The notes beneath the pieces are model-generated. The model worked only from the letters and a program-made list of their open reading frames with translations, made no database searches and was not told the DNA's origin. The translations under genes and the position numbers were made by a program. A stretch of 48,014 nt of DNA from a virus, in the IMG/VR virus record IMGVR_UViG_3300048906_000023, positions 1-48,014 of that record; one strand, 5' to 3'. The stretch's first letter is position 1; each line of letters starts with the position of its first letter. Below are positions 26,431 to 34,969 of the stretch, in pieces.

Positions 26431-26744
26431 GCGCCATGATCTTCGCCACCGATTACGAAGCGTTCGCGCAGGAAATCATCCAGACTGTGATCCAGTCGGG
26501 TGAGTACAAACCGACGCTCGCCCTCGTGCAGCGCGTGGGGAAGATGCTGGAGAACGGCCCGTTCATCACCGTTTGGCCGGTGGACGTGGCCGAGGCCCGC
26601 CAGCGTGCTCGCGACCGTGCCCACGCGCTCGCGACGCGCCGCCCTGAGCTGGTGTTGCCGCCGCTGCCTCGCGTGCTGCCACCGCCCCAGCTCCCGCGTG
26701 TCCTGCCGCCTCCGCAGCTCCCTCGCGTGCTGCCCCTGCCATGA
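26427..26744 (+). CDS. hypothetical protein with C-terminal PP(P)QLPRVL x3 proline-rich repeats
   Basis: Start is GTG 26427 (overlapping the upstream stop) or ATG 26436. Confidence 0.5.
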   Translation: MSAMIFATDYEAFAQEIIQTVIQSGEYKPTLALVQRVGKMLENGPFITVWPVDVAEARQRARDRAHALATRRPELVLPPLPRVLPPPQLPRVLPPPQLPRVLPLP

Positions 26745-26914
26745 GCTACGGTGCCCGCATCCTCACGTACCTGTACACCATCATGAGTTGCCTCACTGCC
26801 GTGCGCGTGGACACCCTGCTGATGTCCGACTACAGCCTGCTCGTGCGCGTGCTCAGCGCGCTGGTGTGCGGGCTGATGTGGCCCGTCTACTGGCTCATTC
26901 ACCTGTCGCAATGA
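26741..26914 (+). CDS. small hydrophobic protein (57 aa)
   Basis: Hand-translated as MSYGARILTYLYTIMSCLTAV...GLMWPVYWLIHLSQ. ATGA overlaps at both ends. Confidence 0.45.
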   Translation: MSYGARILTYLYTIMSCLTAVRVDTLLMSDYSLLVRVLSALVCGLMWPVYWLIHLSQ

Positions 26915-27075
26915 GCCACCACGACGTCACCGTAACCCCGCACCGTCAGGGATACTATCCGTGCTTTTTCAGTTGCGCCCCGTTCGTGCATCATCGCTGC
27001 TGGTGGTCAGGCCAGCGATGGGAGTTGAACGGCAGACCGCTGGACATGGCCGACATGGTGATGTGGCTCGGCTGA
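26911..27075 (+). CDS. hypothetical Cys/His/Trp-rich protein (54 aa)
   Basis: Inner ATG of ORF 26500..27075, coupled by an ATGA overlap. Confidence 0.4.
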   Translation: MSHHDVTVTPHRQGYYPCFFSCAPFVHHRCWWSGQRWELNGRPLDMADMVMWLG

Positions 27076-27126
27076 ATTTCTCGTAACCATTACCCACTGC
27101 GGGCGCCTCGTGCGCCCGTTATCGTT

Positions 27127-29673
27127 ATGACCGCCAATCAGTTCATGATTTACCACTTGTATGAGTGGGACGACGCAAAACAGAAGTTCAAAAAGAAGCC
27201 GGTGGGGCTGCAGGGACAGCCTCTCATGACCGGGGGAGGCATCGAAACCAGCAGCGACGTCAACGCCGTCATCGGAACCATCAACGCACTCAACGCCGAC
27301 AACCCCGTGCAGCCGTATCGGCTCGGCCTGTGGATCACGCCAGGCATGTTCTTCCTCGACATGGACGAGGACGCGGTGCAGGGCCAGCAGCTCACCGCCA
27401 GCGCCACGGAGTTCTGCAAAGAGCTGGTCGAAGCCGGCTGCTACTTCGAGGCCAGCACGTCCGGCCGCGGTGCGCACGTGATCGGCCGGTACACGGGCGA
27501 GCTGCCAGCGCACACGATCCAACGACCGCTCAACGAACCGTCACCGCACGCGCTCTACACGTCGGGCCGGGGCTGCGTGCTCTCCGATGTCCACGCTGGC
27601 TCGTGGGACGTGGACGCCACCGCGCCGCTGGTGCGCCTGCTCGAGAAGTTCTTCAAGCCCCGCACGTCGGCCGCCACGCTTCACGCGGTGACTGCAGGCC
27701 CGCGTCCGGAGTGGCGTGGCCCGACTGACGATGACGCGCTGATCCTGCGCATGCTGGGCGCGACCGGCAGCACGCTGGGCCGCCTGCGTGGTGCGGTGCC
27801 GCTCATCGACCTGTGGAACGGTCGCTGCGCCCACAACAACGAAACCGATTACGCGCTCGCTGCGCACCTGGCGTTCTGGACGGGGTGTGATGGCGAACGT
27901 ATGGAACGCCTGATGCGTCGCAGCCCGCTCGCGGCCCATCGCGTCGAGAAGTGGGACAGCCACTCGACGTACCTGCGCGAGCTGACGATCAATGGCGTTA
28001 TCGAAACCACCGACACGGTCTACGCTGAGCCGGTGCGCGTGGACACCGCGAGCGTGCTGCTGGGACGTGCGACGCCGCCACCGCTGGCAGGCGTGCCTCT
28101 CGGCGCTGCTGTCGTGACGCTGGGCGAGCAGCCGGCCACCGACTGGTTCGACTACGTGGAGCAGACCACCGCGGCCATCAACACCGCCGGCACCCTGCGT
28201 GAGCTGTACGAAACGATCTTTCCGGGCGTGGCCGCGATGTCGGTTCCGGTGGTGCACGCGAACACGCTGGCCCAGGTTGCCAATCGCAAGCTCGAATCCA
28301 TGGGCAGCAAGCAGCCAATCAGCACGATCAAGGCGCTGCTGAGCCCGCCACGTGACCTGGCCGCGCTGCTGTCGGTGGACGTCCCGGAGTGGGCGGCGAG
28401 CCTGGTCTACGTGCGCAAGTCCGACGAGTTCTATGACACGTCCAGCGGCGCGCATTTCAACCAGACCGGGTTGCGCATGTCGTACAGCCGGTTCATGCCG
28501 ATGAAGGCCAGCGGCGTGCGTGAAGACCCCGTCCAAAAACTCATGGACGTGTGGAACATCACCAACGTGGACGAACTGCAGTACCGGCCGGATCAGCCGC
28601 CAATTTTCGAGCACGCTGGGCGCACCGTCGCCAACGAGTTCCGCGCCTCCACGATGCCCACGCCCGTGGTCGGCTCCGCGGAGTGCTCGGCCTGCATCGA
28701 GCTGTTCACGCGGCACCTGGCGCAGCTCGTGAACCAGCGCGGCGACGTCTACGCGGCCCTGCTGGGATGGATCGCGTTCAACGTGCAACACCCCGGCTCA
28801 AAAATCGGATGGGCGCCGCTTATCAAGGGCGTGGGAGGCGACGGCAAATCGATCATCGGCGACCTCCTGTTCGCAGCGATGGGGGAAGCGAACGTCAAGA
28901 TCACGTCGCCGTCCACGATCAGCAACGGGGGCGGCTTCACCGATTGGGCCATGGGCGCCTGCGTGAATCTCATCGAAGAAATCCGGCTCGAAGGCAAGGA
29001 GCGTCGCAAGCTGTACAACGCCATGAAGACGATCACGGGCGATCGACGCATCAATCCGAACCGCAAGGGCAAGGCCAGCGTTGAAACCTACGCGAACACG
29101 ATGAACCACATGGCGTTCACGAACTACGAGGACGCGATGCCCATGGACAACGATGATCGCCGCTGGGGAATCATCTTCACCCCGTGGGCGAACGCTTCGC
29201 AGGCTGCTGTCGTCAAGGGCCTGCGCAACGCGGATGACCTCCCTGCGTTCTTCAAGAGGCTGGGCGCCAGCATGCGGGGGGAGCCTGGGGCGTGGCGATC
29301 GTGGCTGATGGGCATCGATTTGTCATCGTTCGATCCGGAGGGCCGCGCGCCGTGGACATCCGAGCGGGACGTGATGGTGAGTTCTTCGGAAGACTACACG
29401 GAGCAGACGATCCGAGATTGCATCGAGCGCGGATGCACGGGCGTGAACGTGCGTGCGTTCTCGTCGGTGCTGCTGATGCAACGTGTGAGCGTGGCGCTGG
29501 GCCACCAACCGGACACCCGTTCATGGAATCGGATGTTGACCGATCTTGGCTACCGTCAACATTCTGTGCAAATTTGGTGGAGCAACCGATCGCACCGTGT
29601 TTGGGTCAAAGAAGCGCTCACCAAAGATGAAATCTTGGAAATCTTGACTCGATCGGCGTTCGCGGCGACCTGA
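27127..29673 (+). CDS. bifunctional primase-polymerase / D5-type (SF3) helicase
   Basis: 848 aa. Prim-pol motifs FFLDMDED and STSGRGAHV. Walker A GVGGDGKS. Confidence 0.8.
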   Translation: MTANQFMIYHLYEWDDAKQKFKKKPVGLQGQPLMTGGGIETSSDVNAVIGTINALNADNPVQPYRLGLWITPGMFFLDMDEDAVQGQQLTASATEFCKELVEAGCYFEASTSGRGAHVIGRYTGELPAHTIQRPLNEPSPHALYTSGRGCVLSDVHAGSWDVDATAPLVRLLEKFFKPRTSAATLHAVTAGPRPEWRGPTDDDALILRMLGATGSTLGRLRGAVPLIDLWNGRCAHNNETDYALAAHLAFWTGCDGERMERLMRRSPLAAHRVEKWDSHSTYLRELTINGVIETTDTVYAEPVRVDTASVLLGRATPPPLAGVPLGAAVVTLGEQPATDWFDYVEQTTAAINTAGTLRELYETIFPGVAAMSVPVVHANTLAQVANRKLESMGSKQPISTIKALLSPPRDLAALLSVDVPEWAASLVYVRKSDEFYDTSSGAHFNQTGLRMSYSRFMPMKASGVREDPVQKLMDVWNITNVDELQYRPDQPPIFEHAGRTVANEFRASTMPTPVVGSAECSACIELFTRHLAQLVNQRGDVYAALLGWIAFNVQHPGSKIGWAPLIKGVGGDGKSIIGDLLFAAMGEANVKITSPSTISNGGGFTDWAMGACVNLIEEIRLEGKERRKLYNAMKTITGDRRINPNRKGKASVETYANTMNHMAFTNYEDAMPMDNDDRRWGIIFTPWANASQAAVVKGLRNADDLPAFFKRLGASMRGEPGAWRSWLMGIDLSSFDPEGRAPWTSERDVMVSSSEDYTEQTIRDCIERGCTGVNVRAFSSVLLMQRVSVALGHQPDTRSWNRMLTDLGYRQHSVQIWWSNRSHRVWVKEALTKDEILEILTRSAFAAT

Positions 29674-29876
29674 GAGGCGACCTGAGAGGCGACCTGAGAG
29701 GAATTTTGAAATCTTTTTTCCTATATAAATCAAGGACTTAGCCGATTTCCTATTCTCTCTCCTCTCACCTCTCAGGAAAAAAGAAGAGAGTGGAGGACAA
29801 GAGAGAAAGGGATATGTTTTAAATCGAAGCTCTCCAAATAGTGAGCTGAGAGGGCACCTGAGAGGCGAGCTGAGAG
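29664..29876. repeat. iteron-like CTGAGAGG repeats flanking an AT-rich, polypyrimidine/polypurine core (candidate replication origin)
   Basis: Three copies of a 12-bp unit GGCGACCTGAGA (29664-29699). Two inverted copies at 29761-29776. Three more copies with 12-bp phasing at 29845-29876. The AT-rich stretch is 29702-29750. Confidence 0.6.
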
Positions 29877-29884
29877 GAATTTCA

Positions 29885-30379
29885 ATGCGTTACTACGTTT
29901 ACGTTCACAAGAAGTTGACCGATGGTGAAATTTTTTACGTCGGTAAAGGACAAGATGACAGAGCATGGTCGATCGAAGGTCGAACCAGACAGTGGATCAA
30001 AATTGCCGCTGAATGCGGACGCGGCGTGGAAATCGTGGCTTGGTTCGATCTTGAGGCTGACGCACTGCGCCTCGAATCGATGCTGATCCTGCTGCACGGC
30101 GCCAAGCTAGCCAATGTTCTTCGTCAGGGCCATCCGAGTCGCAAAGGTAAGGGTCGTAAAGCTCTCGGAAGACCTCATGCGCCCGAAGTCATGATCGACG
30201 GAGAGCCGGCGTGGACATGGAAACAGCAAGGTTCCTACAAGACGTGGCAGACACGAACGATCACATTCATGATGCGCAACTACGGAGGTTCACGACAGGC
30301 TTGGCAAGACGTTGTTGATCGATTCACCGAAACCGGCCCTAAGGGCTGGAGACTCATCGTAAGGAGAAAGCAACCATGA
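29885..30379 (+). CDS. GIY-YIG homing endonuclease (free-standing)
   Basis: YVYVHKKLTDGEIFYVGKG...R...E motifs. GC content and codon usage are visibly lower than in flanking genes. Confidence 0.75.
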   Translation: MRYYVYVHKKLTDGEIFYVGKGQDDRAWSIEGRTRQWIKIAAECGRGVEIVAWFDLEADALRLESMLILLHGAKLANVLRQGHPSRKGKGRKALGRPHAPEVMIDGEPAWTWKQQGSYKTWQTRTITFMMRNYGGSRQAWQDVVDRFTETGPKGWRLIVRRKQP

Positions 30380-30966
30380 ACATTTTTCAAGCAGCAAATT
30401 GCGGTGCGTACACGACCGCTCTCGACGAAGCGACGCAACGGTGGGGGATCGTGATGCACGATGACCTCGCACGCTTCCTGGCTCAAGTCAGCGTGGAGTC
30501 CGCAGGATTCACGCGTGTGGTGGAGAGCTTGAACTACCGTCCGGAACGCCTGCTGGCGGTGCTCAATGGACGCAACGGGATCACGACGCTGGCGCAGGCC
30601 GTGGACATCGTCCAACAAGGGCCGCAGGCCATCGGCGAAGCGCTCTACGGCGGCGAATGGGGCGCCAAGCGGCTCGGTAATCGCACGAAGGGTGACGGTT
30701 ACGTCTACAGGGGTCGCGGCTTGATCCAGCTCACGGGCCGGGACAACTACGTCGCAGCGACGAAGGGCTGCGGTGTCGATTTCGTTTCCACGCCTGAGGC
30801 CGTGGCGGTGGCGAAGTACGCGGCCGACGTCGCGTGCTGGTTCTGGATGTCACGTCACCTCAACGGTGTTACGGACGTGGTAGCGGTGACGAAGGCGATC
30901 AACGGGGGCACGAACGCGCTCGCGGAACGCCAGGCGCTCACGATCAAGCTGCTGGCGGCGTTGTAA
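30376..30966 (+). CDS. endolysin, glycoside hydrolase family 19 (chitinase-like)
   Basis: FLAQVSVESAGF and YRGRGLIQLTGRDNY motifs. Confidence 0.85.
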   Translation: MNIFQAANCGAYTTALDEATQRWGIVMHDDLARFLAQVSVESAGFTRVVESLNYRPERLLAVLNGRNGITTLAQAVDIVQQGPQAIGEALYGGEWGAKRLGNRTKGDGYVYRGRGLIQLTGRDNYVAATKGCGVDFVSTPEAVAVAKYAADVACWFWMSRHLNGVTDVVAVTKAINGGTNALAERQALTIKLLAAL

Positions 30967-30997
30967 ACTGCCGACACAACTACACGGGAGCCCGTCC

Positions 30998-31366
30998 ATG
31001 ACGGAAGCAGCAACCATCACCGCTACCACCGTCTCTGTGCCCGTGCTGAGCCTGTTCGGCGTCAGTCTCGGATTGCATCCGGGACTACTGATTGCCGGTG
31101 CATTTGGCGCGTTCGTCGGCATCGTCCTGTTGAACACGGTTCCGGCTGAAGGGACGCCCTGGTGGTATGCAGTCTTGCGACGCATGCTGGTCATGGCGGC
31201 TTCGGCCGTAACTGCGGGCTACCTTACACCGGTAGTCATGTCCTGGGCTTCCTTCACGGAGCCGTTGCAATTTGCAGCAGCTTTCATCGTGGGAGGCTCG
31301 GCACAATGGACGATGCAGGCGGTCATCAAACGCGTGACCCGCACAGTGGAGGCCACCGCATCATGA
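30998..31366 (+). CDS. holin-like membrane protein (3-4 TM)
   Basis: Hydrophobic segments; position directly after the endolysin. Confidence 0.6.
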   Translation: MTEAATITATTVSVPVLSLFGVSLGLHPGLLIAGAFGAFVGIVLLNTVPAEGTPWWYAVLRRMLVMAASAVTAGYLTPVVMSWASFTEPLQFAAAFIVGGSAQWTMQAVIKRVTRTVEATAS

Positions 31367-31689
31367 TCGTCATCGCACATTGGTTCATGTCGTTTATCGT
31401 CCTGTCCGTCGTGCTCGCGCGACTGGAATCCATCGAGGTGCGACAGCACGCGTTCGCCACATGGGGGCCTCGTGCGTTCGGATGGACGCTCATCGGCCTG
31501 AGCGCTTTCGACGGCATCATTGCCCCGTTTTTCGGGGGCAACGGCTGCTTGCCGGACAAGCTGGCGATCATCGGCATGGGCGTACTCGCGGTTGCCTACA
31601 GGTGGGAGGGCGCTGGCCGGACGGACATCATGAGCCGACGTGCGAGCGATCGCCACACGGGGGCGCACCAACGGGCCGGGGACGCGTGA
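31363..31689 (+). CDS. second holin/antiholin-like membrane protein
   Basis: ATGA-coupled inner ATG of ORF 31162..31689, with 3 hydrophobic segments. Confidence 0.5.
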   Translation: MIVIAHWFMSFIVLSVVLARLESIEVRQHAFATWGPRAFGWTLIGLSAFDGIIAPFFGGNGCLPDKLAIIGMGVLAVAYRWEGAGRTDIMSRRASDRHTGAHQRAGDA

Positions 31690-32096
31690 TGATCTTCGCC
31701 ACGCTGCAGAGATACCTGCTGATTGCCGGGGGCGTGCTCGTCCTCGGCCTCGCGCTGTATGCGGCGTGGCTGTACGACCAGCGCAAAGACGACAAGGCCG
31801 CTGCGCTCGCGCTGCAGGGGCGCGTGGACACCCTGCAGGCCGACCTCTCTACGCTACAGCGGGGGCAGGCCGCGGACAGCGCTGCAATCGCCACATTGAC
31901 GGCTTCACAGGCCGCAGCGACGGCACGCGCGACGACGGTACGACAGCGGGTTACGACCCTGAAGGGGAACAACGATGCGATGCGCGTTTGGCTTGACACT
32001 GCTTTGCCTCTCAATGGTTGCTTGCTCGACGACACCTGCACCGCCGATAGTGAGCGTGCTCGCGCCGTCCCCGGCGCTGCTTCTTCCGTGCGATAG
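31689..32096 (+). CDS. i-spanin (Rz-like)
   Basis: N-terminal TM LLIAGGVLVLGLALYAAWL followed by a coiled-coil periplasmic domain. Confidence 0.7.
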   Translation: MIFATLQRYLLIAGGVLVLGLALYAAWLYDQRKDDKAAALALQGRVDTLQADLSTLQRGQAADSAAIATLTASQAAATARATTVRQRVTTLKGNNDAMRVWLDTALPLNGCLLDDTCTADSERARAVPGAASSVR

Positions 32097-32274
32097 CCCT
32101 GCGTTGGTTCCGTCCCGCACGAATGAGGACGTGGTGAACAACAGCAACGCGCGACAAGCCGCCTACGAGGCTTGTAATGCACGACACGAGGGGCTTTTGC
32201 AATGGCACAGGGATATCCGCGCGGGAGCGCCGCAAGCAGGGGTTACGACGCCCGATGGCGTAAGGCGAGACTGA
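31975..32274 (+). CDS. o-spanin (Rz1-like lipoprotein), overlapping the i-spanin in another frame
   Basis: Lipobox LSMVAC followed by a Pro-rich mature region. Confidence 0.7.
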   Translation: MRCAFGLTLLCLSMVACSTTPAPPIVSVLAPSPALLLPCDSPALVPSRTNEDVVNNSNARQAAYEACNARHEGLLQWHRDIRAGAPQAGVTTPDGVRRD

Positions 32275-32501
32275 GTTTTCTCGCGCTGCATCCGTGGTGC
32301 GAACTCAAGGGCAACGGATGCGGCATGCTCGCGTCCCTGGTTGACCATAAAACCCCGCACCGCGGCGACATGGCGCTGTTTTGGGATGAGACGAATTGGC
32401 AATCGCTCTGCGAGCATTGCCATAACGTCCATAAGCAGCGCGCCGAGAACGCTACGCTACACGGGGAACGGGATCATAGGGGGCGGCTAATACGGGGGTA
32501 G
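32202..32501 (+). CDS. HNH endonuclease (packaging-associated type)
   Basis: RGYDARWRKARLSFL...HPWCE...VDHKTPH...NWQSLCEHCHNVHK. Confidence 0.85.
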   Translation: MAQGYPRGSAASRGYDARWRKARLSFLALHPWCELKGNGCGMLASLVDHKTPHRGDMALFWDETNWQSLCEHCHNVHKQRAENATLHGERDHRGRLIRG

Positions 32502-32631
32502 GCTCTGCGGGACGCATGGGCCATCCAAAGCACTGAATCGGCACGTAGAACGGACTGCCCGGCATGGGGCATTGGTTGCCACACTGACGCCAATCGTCCC
32601 CGCTGCGGGCGTGACACTTCGGGCATTCCAT
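32452..32631 (-). CDS. small zinc-ribbon protein (59 aa; MECPKCHARSGDDWRQCGNQC...)
   Basis: Hand-translated (below the cutoff). The ATG lies 3 nt after the upstream stop. The 3' end overlaps the HNH gene convergently by 50 nt. Confidence 0.4.
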   Translation of the reverse strand: MECPKCHARSGDDWRQCGNQCPMPGSPFYVPIQCFGWPMRPAEPTPVLAAPYDPVPRVA

Positions 32632-32634
32632 GTC

Positions 32635-32829
32635 TCAGCGCTCCAACGGGCGGATGGGATGCGCATCGATAACGGTGCGGTAATTTTCCATCGCGAACAG
32701 GGCTTGATTCGCTGCGACGATCAATGCACCGTAAGTCGGTTCCTCAGAGGGGAGGCAGCGGCGCATGCCGGCTTCGTAGCTTTCAATCGAGGCTTGAAGC
32801 AGCTCGATATCGCGGTCGATGATTCGCAT
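32635..32829 (-). CDS. hypothetical protein (64 aa)
   Basis: TAATG coupling to the upstream gene. Confidence 0.55.
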   Translation of the reverse strand: MRIIDRDIELLQASIESYEAGMRRCLPSEEPTYGALIVAANQALFAMENYRTVIDAHPIRPLER

Positions 32830-32987
32830 TACGTTCTCTCCTTGCGTGCGGCGCGCAGGATCGCGTTTCGCAGGATTGTTGCGATGAAAAACAGGCGGGG
32901 TTCCATGGTGGTCATGATGCGGTCGTCATCACGCACCCACGCCCATGGAATCCACGCGTGACGGTCGATTGCGCGGCGCGTGGACAT
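32829..32987 (-). CDS. hypothetical protein (52 aa)
   Basis: Inner ATG coupled to the upstream gene by TGATG. Confidence 0.45.
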   Translation of the reverse strand: MSTRRAIDRHAWIPWAWVRDDDRIMTTMEPRLFFIATILRNAILRAARKERT

Positions 32988-33187
32988 CACGCCCAATCGA
33001 GCACGTCGTCTGGCGTGCGGCAAATCTTGTCGACTGTTTCGAAACGGACAGGTTCTTTGTACTGCGTTTCAATGAACGCACGCGCCCGTTTGACTGCGGC
33101 GATGCGGTTGCTCTCGCTAACGATCACAGGTTGCAAGCGATAGGGCATCGTGCGAAATTGGAACGTCACTTTGTACAGGTTGAGCAT
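32987..33187 (-). CDS. hypothetical protein (66 aa)
   Basis: GAGGA RBS upstream of the start. Confidence 0.55.
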   Translation of the reverse strand: MLNLYKVTFQFRTMPYRLQPVIVSESNRIAAVKRARAFIETQYKEPVRFETVDKICRTPDDVLDWA

Positions 33188-33196
33188 GATTGATCC

Positions 33197-33424
33197 TCAG
33201 AAGTCGAAACGGAAGCCTTGCGAGCGGAACCACTCGACAGCGGCGCCAACGGTAGAGAAACAACGCACTGCCGTCCCGTCGCGGTACGCTGCCCACGGCA
33301 TCGAGTGGACGTGCTCCGGTGGTTGCCACGAGAAACGCGGCGAGTAGGTTACGCGTGCGCGCTGGCACTTGCTACGGATGGTTTCACCATCCATGGGCGT
33401 ATTGATTTGGGCGGCGGTCAACAT
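33197..33424 (-). CDS. hypothetical protein (75 aa)
   Basis: Inner ATG with GGAG 9 nt upstream and a gtaaccATG context. Confidence 0.5.
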   Translation of the reverse strand: MLTAAQINTPMDGETIRSKCQRARVTYSPRFSWQPPEHVHSMPWAAYRDGTAVRCFSTVGAAVEWFRSQGFRFDF

Positions 33425-33486
33425 GGTTACAGCTCCAGTGGGGTGAACGGACAATAGAGGGGTGACTCGCACCCCTCGCAGTCAAC

Positions 33487-34464
33487 TCAGGCCGACAGCA
33501 AATCGAGCGCCTTGTTTTTCAGTTTCTCGCCCTGTCCCCACTGCGCGGCTACTGCGCGATGCTCGTCCGAGTAGGCACGCGCCTCGTGATCCACGTAGTC
33601 CGTGACAGCGTTCAGCCATCCCCACGACGTACCACGCGCCGTGTCCAGGTTCGCGCCCTTGCCCGCACCGGAGAATGACGCCATGATTTTCGCGAACGCG
33701 GCCGACTCGCGCGCCGCCTTTTCCTCACGGGCGCCCGTCGTCAACAGGCGGGCAGTCAGGTCGCCCGCTGCAGCGCTCGCCAGCTTGACGCCTGCCAGCA
33801 TGCGGGCGGTTTCGACGAACGCGCCGAACTCGCCATGAGCGGCTTCGCAGGCGGCGCGGGCTTCAGCAGGCTTGAAAACGCTGCGGTGCGTGGTGCGATG
33901 CGACGCCTTGGAATCCTTGCGCGCCATCGTCAGCGTGTTGTTGCACACAGTACGCACGGTCGTCCAACGGCATTCGGTCGCGAGCGAACCGTCGGCCGAC
34001 GTGGACAACAGCGCATAGGGGACGACCTTGTCGCCGGTGCCGATCATCACGCCATCGGCGAGTTTCGCGGTTGCGAAGTAGCGGCGCCCGCCGAACAGGA
34101 CGCCGGCCGACTCGATCGTCATTCCGCCCATTTCCGCCCACTCGCGGAAGAACTCCAGCACGTCGCGCGGCTGAACGATTTTGTAGCCTTCGCTCACGAT
34201 GCCCAAATCCGCTTTGGTGTCGTCACGGAACAGCACGACCTGTCCGGGAACCTTGCGGAACGCGTCCGGATGCTGGTCGTCTTCCGCGTGGCTGATTGCG
34301 TAGCGGACGGCCGCACGCTTGACGCGGTAGGACATGCCGGCGGCCGTGGCCCATTCCTCGATGCTGGCGCCCTGTTGCATCGTTTCGCCGAGCCCGTGCC
34401 ATTCGCGTTGCGTGCTGGCGTAGGAAGCGCGACCGATGCTGGTTTCGTCGATTTGGTGTGCCAT
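33487..34464 (-). CDS. DUF932 (phage/plasmid-like protein) family
   Basis: 325 aa. The N-terminus MAHQIDETSIGRASYASTQREWHGLGETM and the overall pattern are typical of DUF932. Confidence 0.65.
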   Translation of the reverse strand: MAHQIDETSIGRASYASTQREWHGLGETMQQGASIEEWATAAGMSYRVKRAAVRYAISHAEDDQHPDAFRKVPGQVVLFRDDTKADLGIVSEGYKIVQPRDVLEFFREWAEMGGMTIESAGVLFGGRRYFATAKLADGVMIGTGDKVVPYALLSTSADGSLATECRWTTVRTVCNNTLTMARKDSKASHRTTHRSVFKPAEARAACEAAHGEFGAFVETARMLAGVKLASAAAGDLTARLLTTGAREEKAARESAAFAKIMASFSGAGKGANLDTARGTSWGWLNAVTDYVDHEARAYSDEHRAVAAQWGQGEKLKNKALDLLSA

Positions 34465-34516
34465 GATTTCGATTCCTTGAAGTGGGAGAACGTTGATAGG
34501 GACAAGGGAGATTGTG

Positions 34517-34535
34517 ACGGTTACGGTTACGACGG
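34517..34535. repeat. second copy of the ACGGTTACGGTTACGACGG 19-mer
   Basis: Identical to 20367-20385. It lies in the spacer between two minus-strand genes. Confidence 0.9.
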
Positions 34536-34545
34536 TCAAGCGGTT

Positions 34546-34791
34546 TTAGAGTGCCGTGTTTTCGTTCTCAGGCAGCGAGCGAAGCGCCTTCAACGTGGGC
34601 TTGCCCTTGCCACCGATGGCGTGCCACGCTGCCGTGACTGCGTCCCCGTCGTGGTTCCATTCATTGCGTGCCGTGCTGATAGTCAGAGTGCACGCTGCCA
34701 TGAACTTGTCCAGTTTGGCGGTGTCGGATGCCCACGCGTAGAAAGCGACGAGCCGGGCACGATAGGCGATGAGAAATGCAGTGCGGTTCAT
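34546..34791 (-). CDS. hypothetical protein (81 aa)
   Basis: Inner ATG of ORF 34546..35046, with an AGGAAA RBS. Confidence 0.55.
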   Translation of the reverse strand: MNRTAFLIAYRARLVAFYAWASDTAKLDKFMAACTLTISTARNEWNHDGDAVTAAWHAIGGKGKPTLKALRSLPENENTAL

Positions 34792-34819
34792 TTTGAAATT
34801 TCCTGTAAGTGGTTGAAAT

Positions 34820-34969
34820 TCAGCGAACGCGGGCAGTCTTGCCCAGCACGTTGGCGATGAAATCTGCAGGCGTGTCCAGCGGGCGAACCTGCTGATAGAG
34901 AGCCACGGCAGCGGGCAGACCGCGCACCACGAGGGCGCAGCGGATACGGAAGATGGTTGCGAGCGACAT
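34820..34969 (-). CDS. hypothetical small protein (49 aa)
   Basis: Inner ATG with a GAGGAAA RBS. It is the first clear gene of the leftward cassette. Confidence 0.45.
   Translation of the reverse strand: MSLATIFRIRCALVVRGLPAAVALYQQVRPLDTPADFIANVLGKTARVR

Noticed and set aside
26427-26450. Shared MIFAT N-terminus between the 26427..26744 product and the i-spanin (31689), considered as evidence of duplication.
   Set aside because: The similarity is limited to five residues, and the sequences diverge completely afterwards.
29664-29876. A CRISPR-like array, suggested by short regularly spaced repeats.
   Set aside because: The period is 12 bp with no unique spacers, copies occur in both orientations, and there are no cas genes. 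The region fits iterons instead.
32572-32961. Plus-strand 129-aa ORF in the inverted cassette.
   Set aside because: It is overlapped by a chain of translationally coupled minus-strand ORFs with RBSs, and its own translation is Arg/Ala-rich with no start context.
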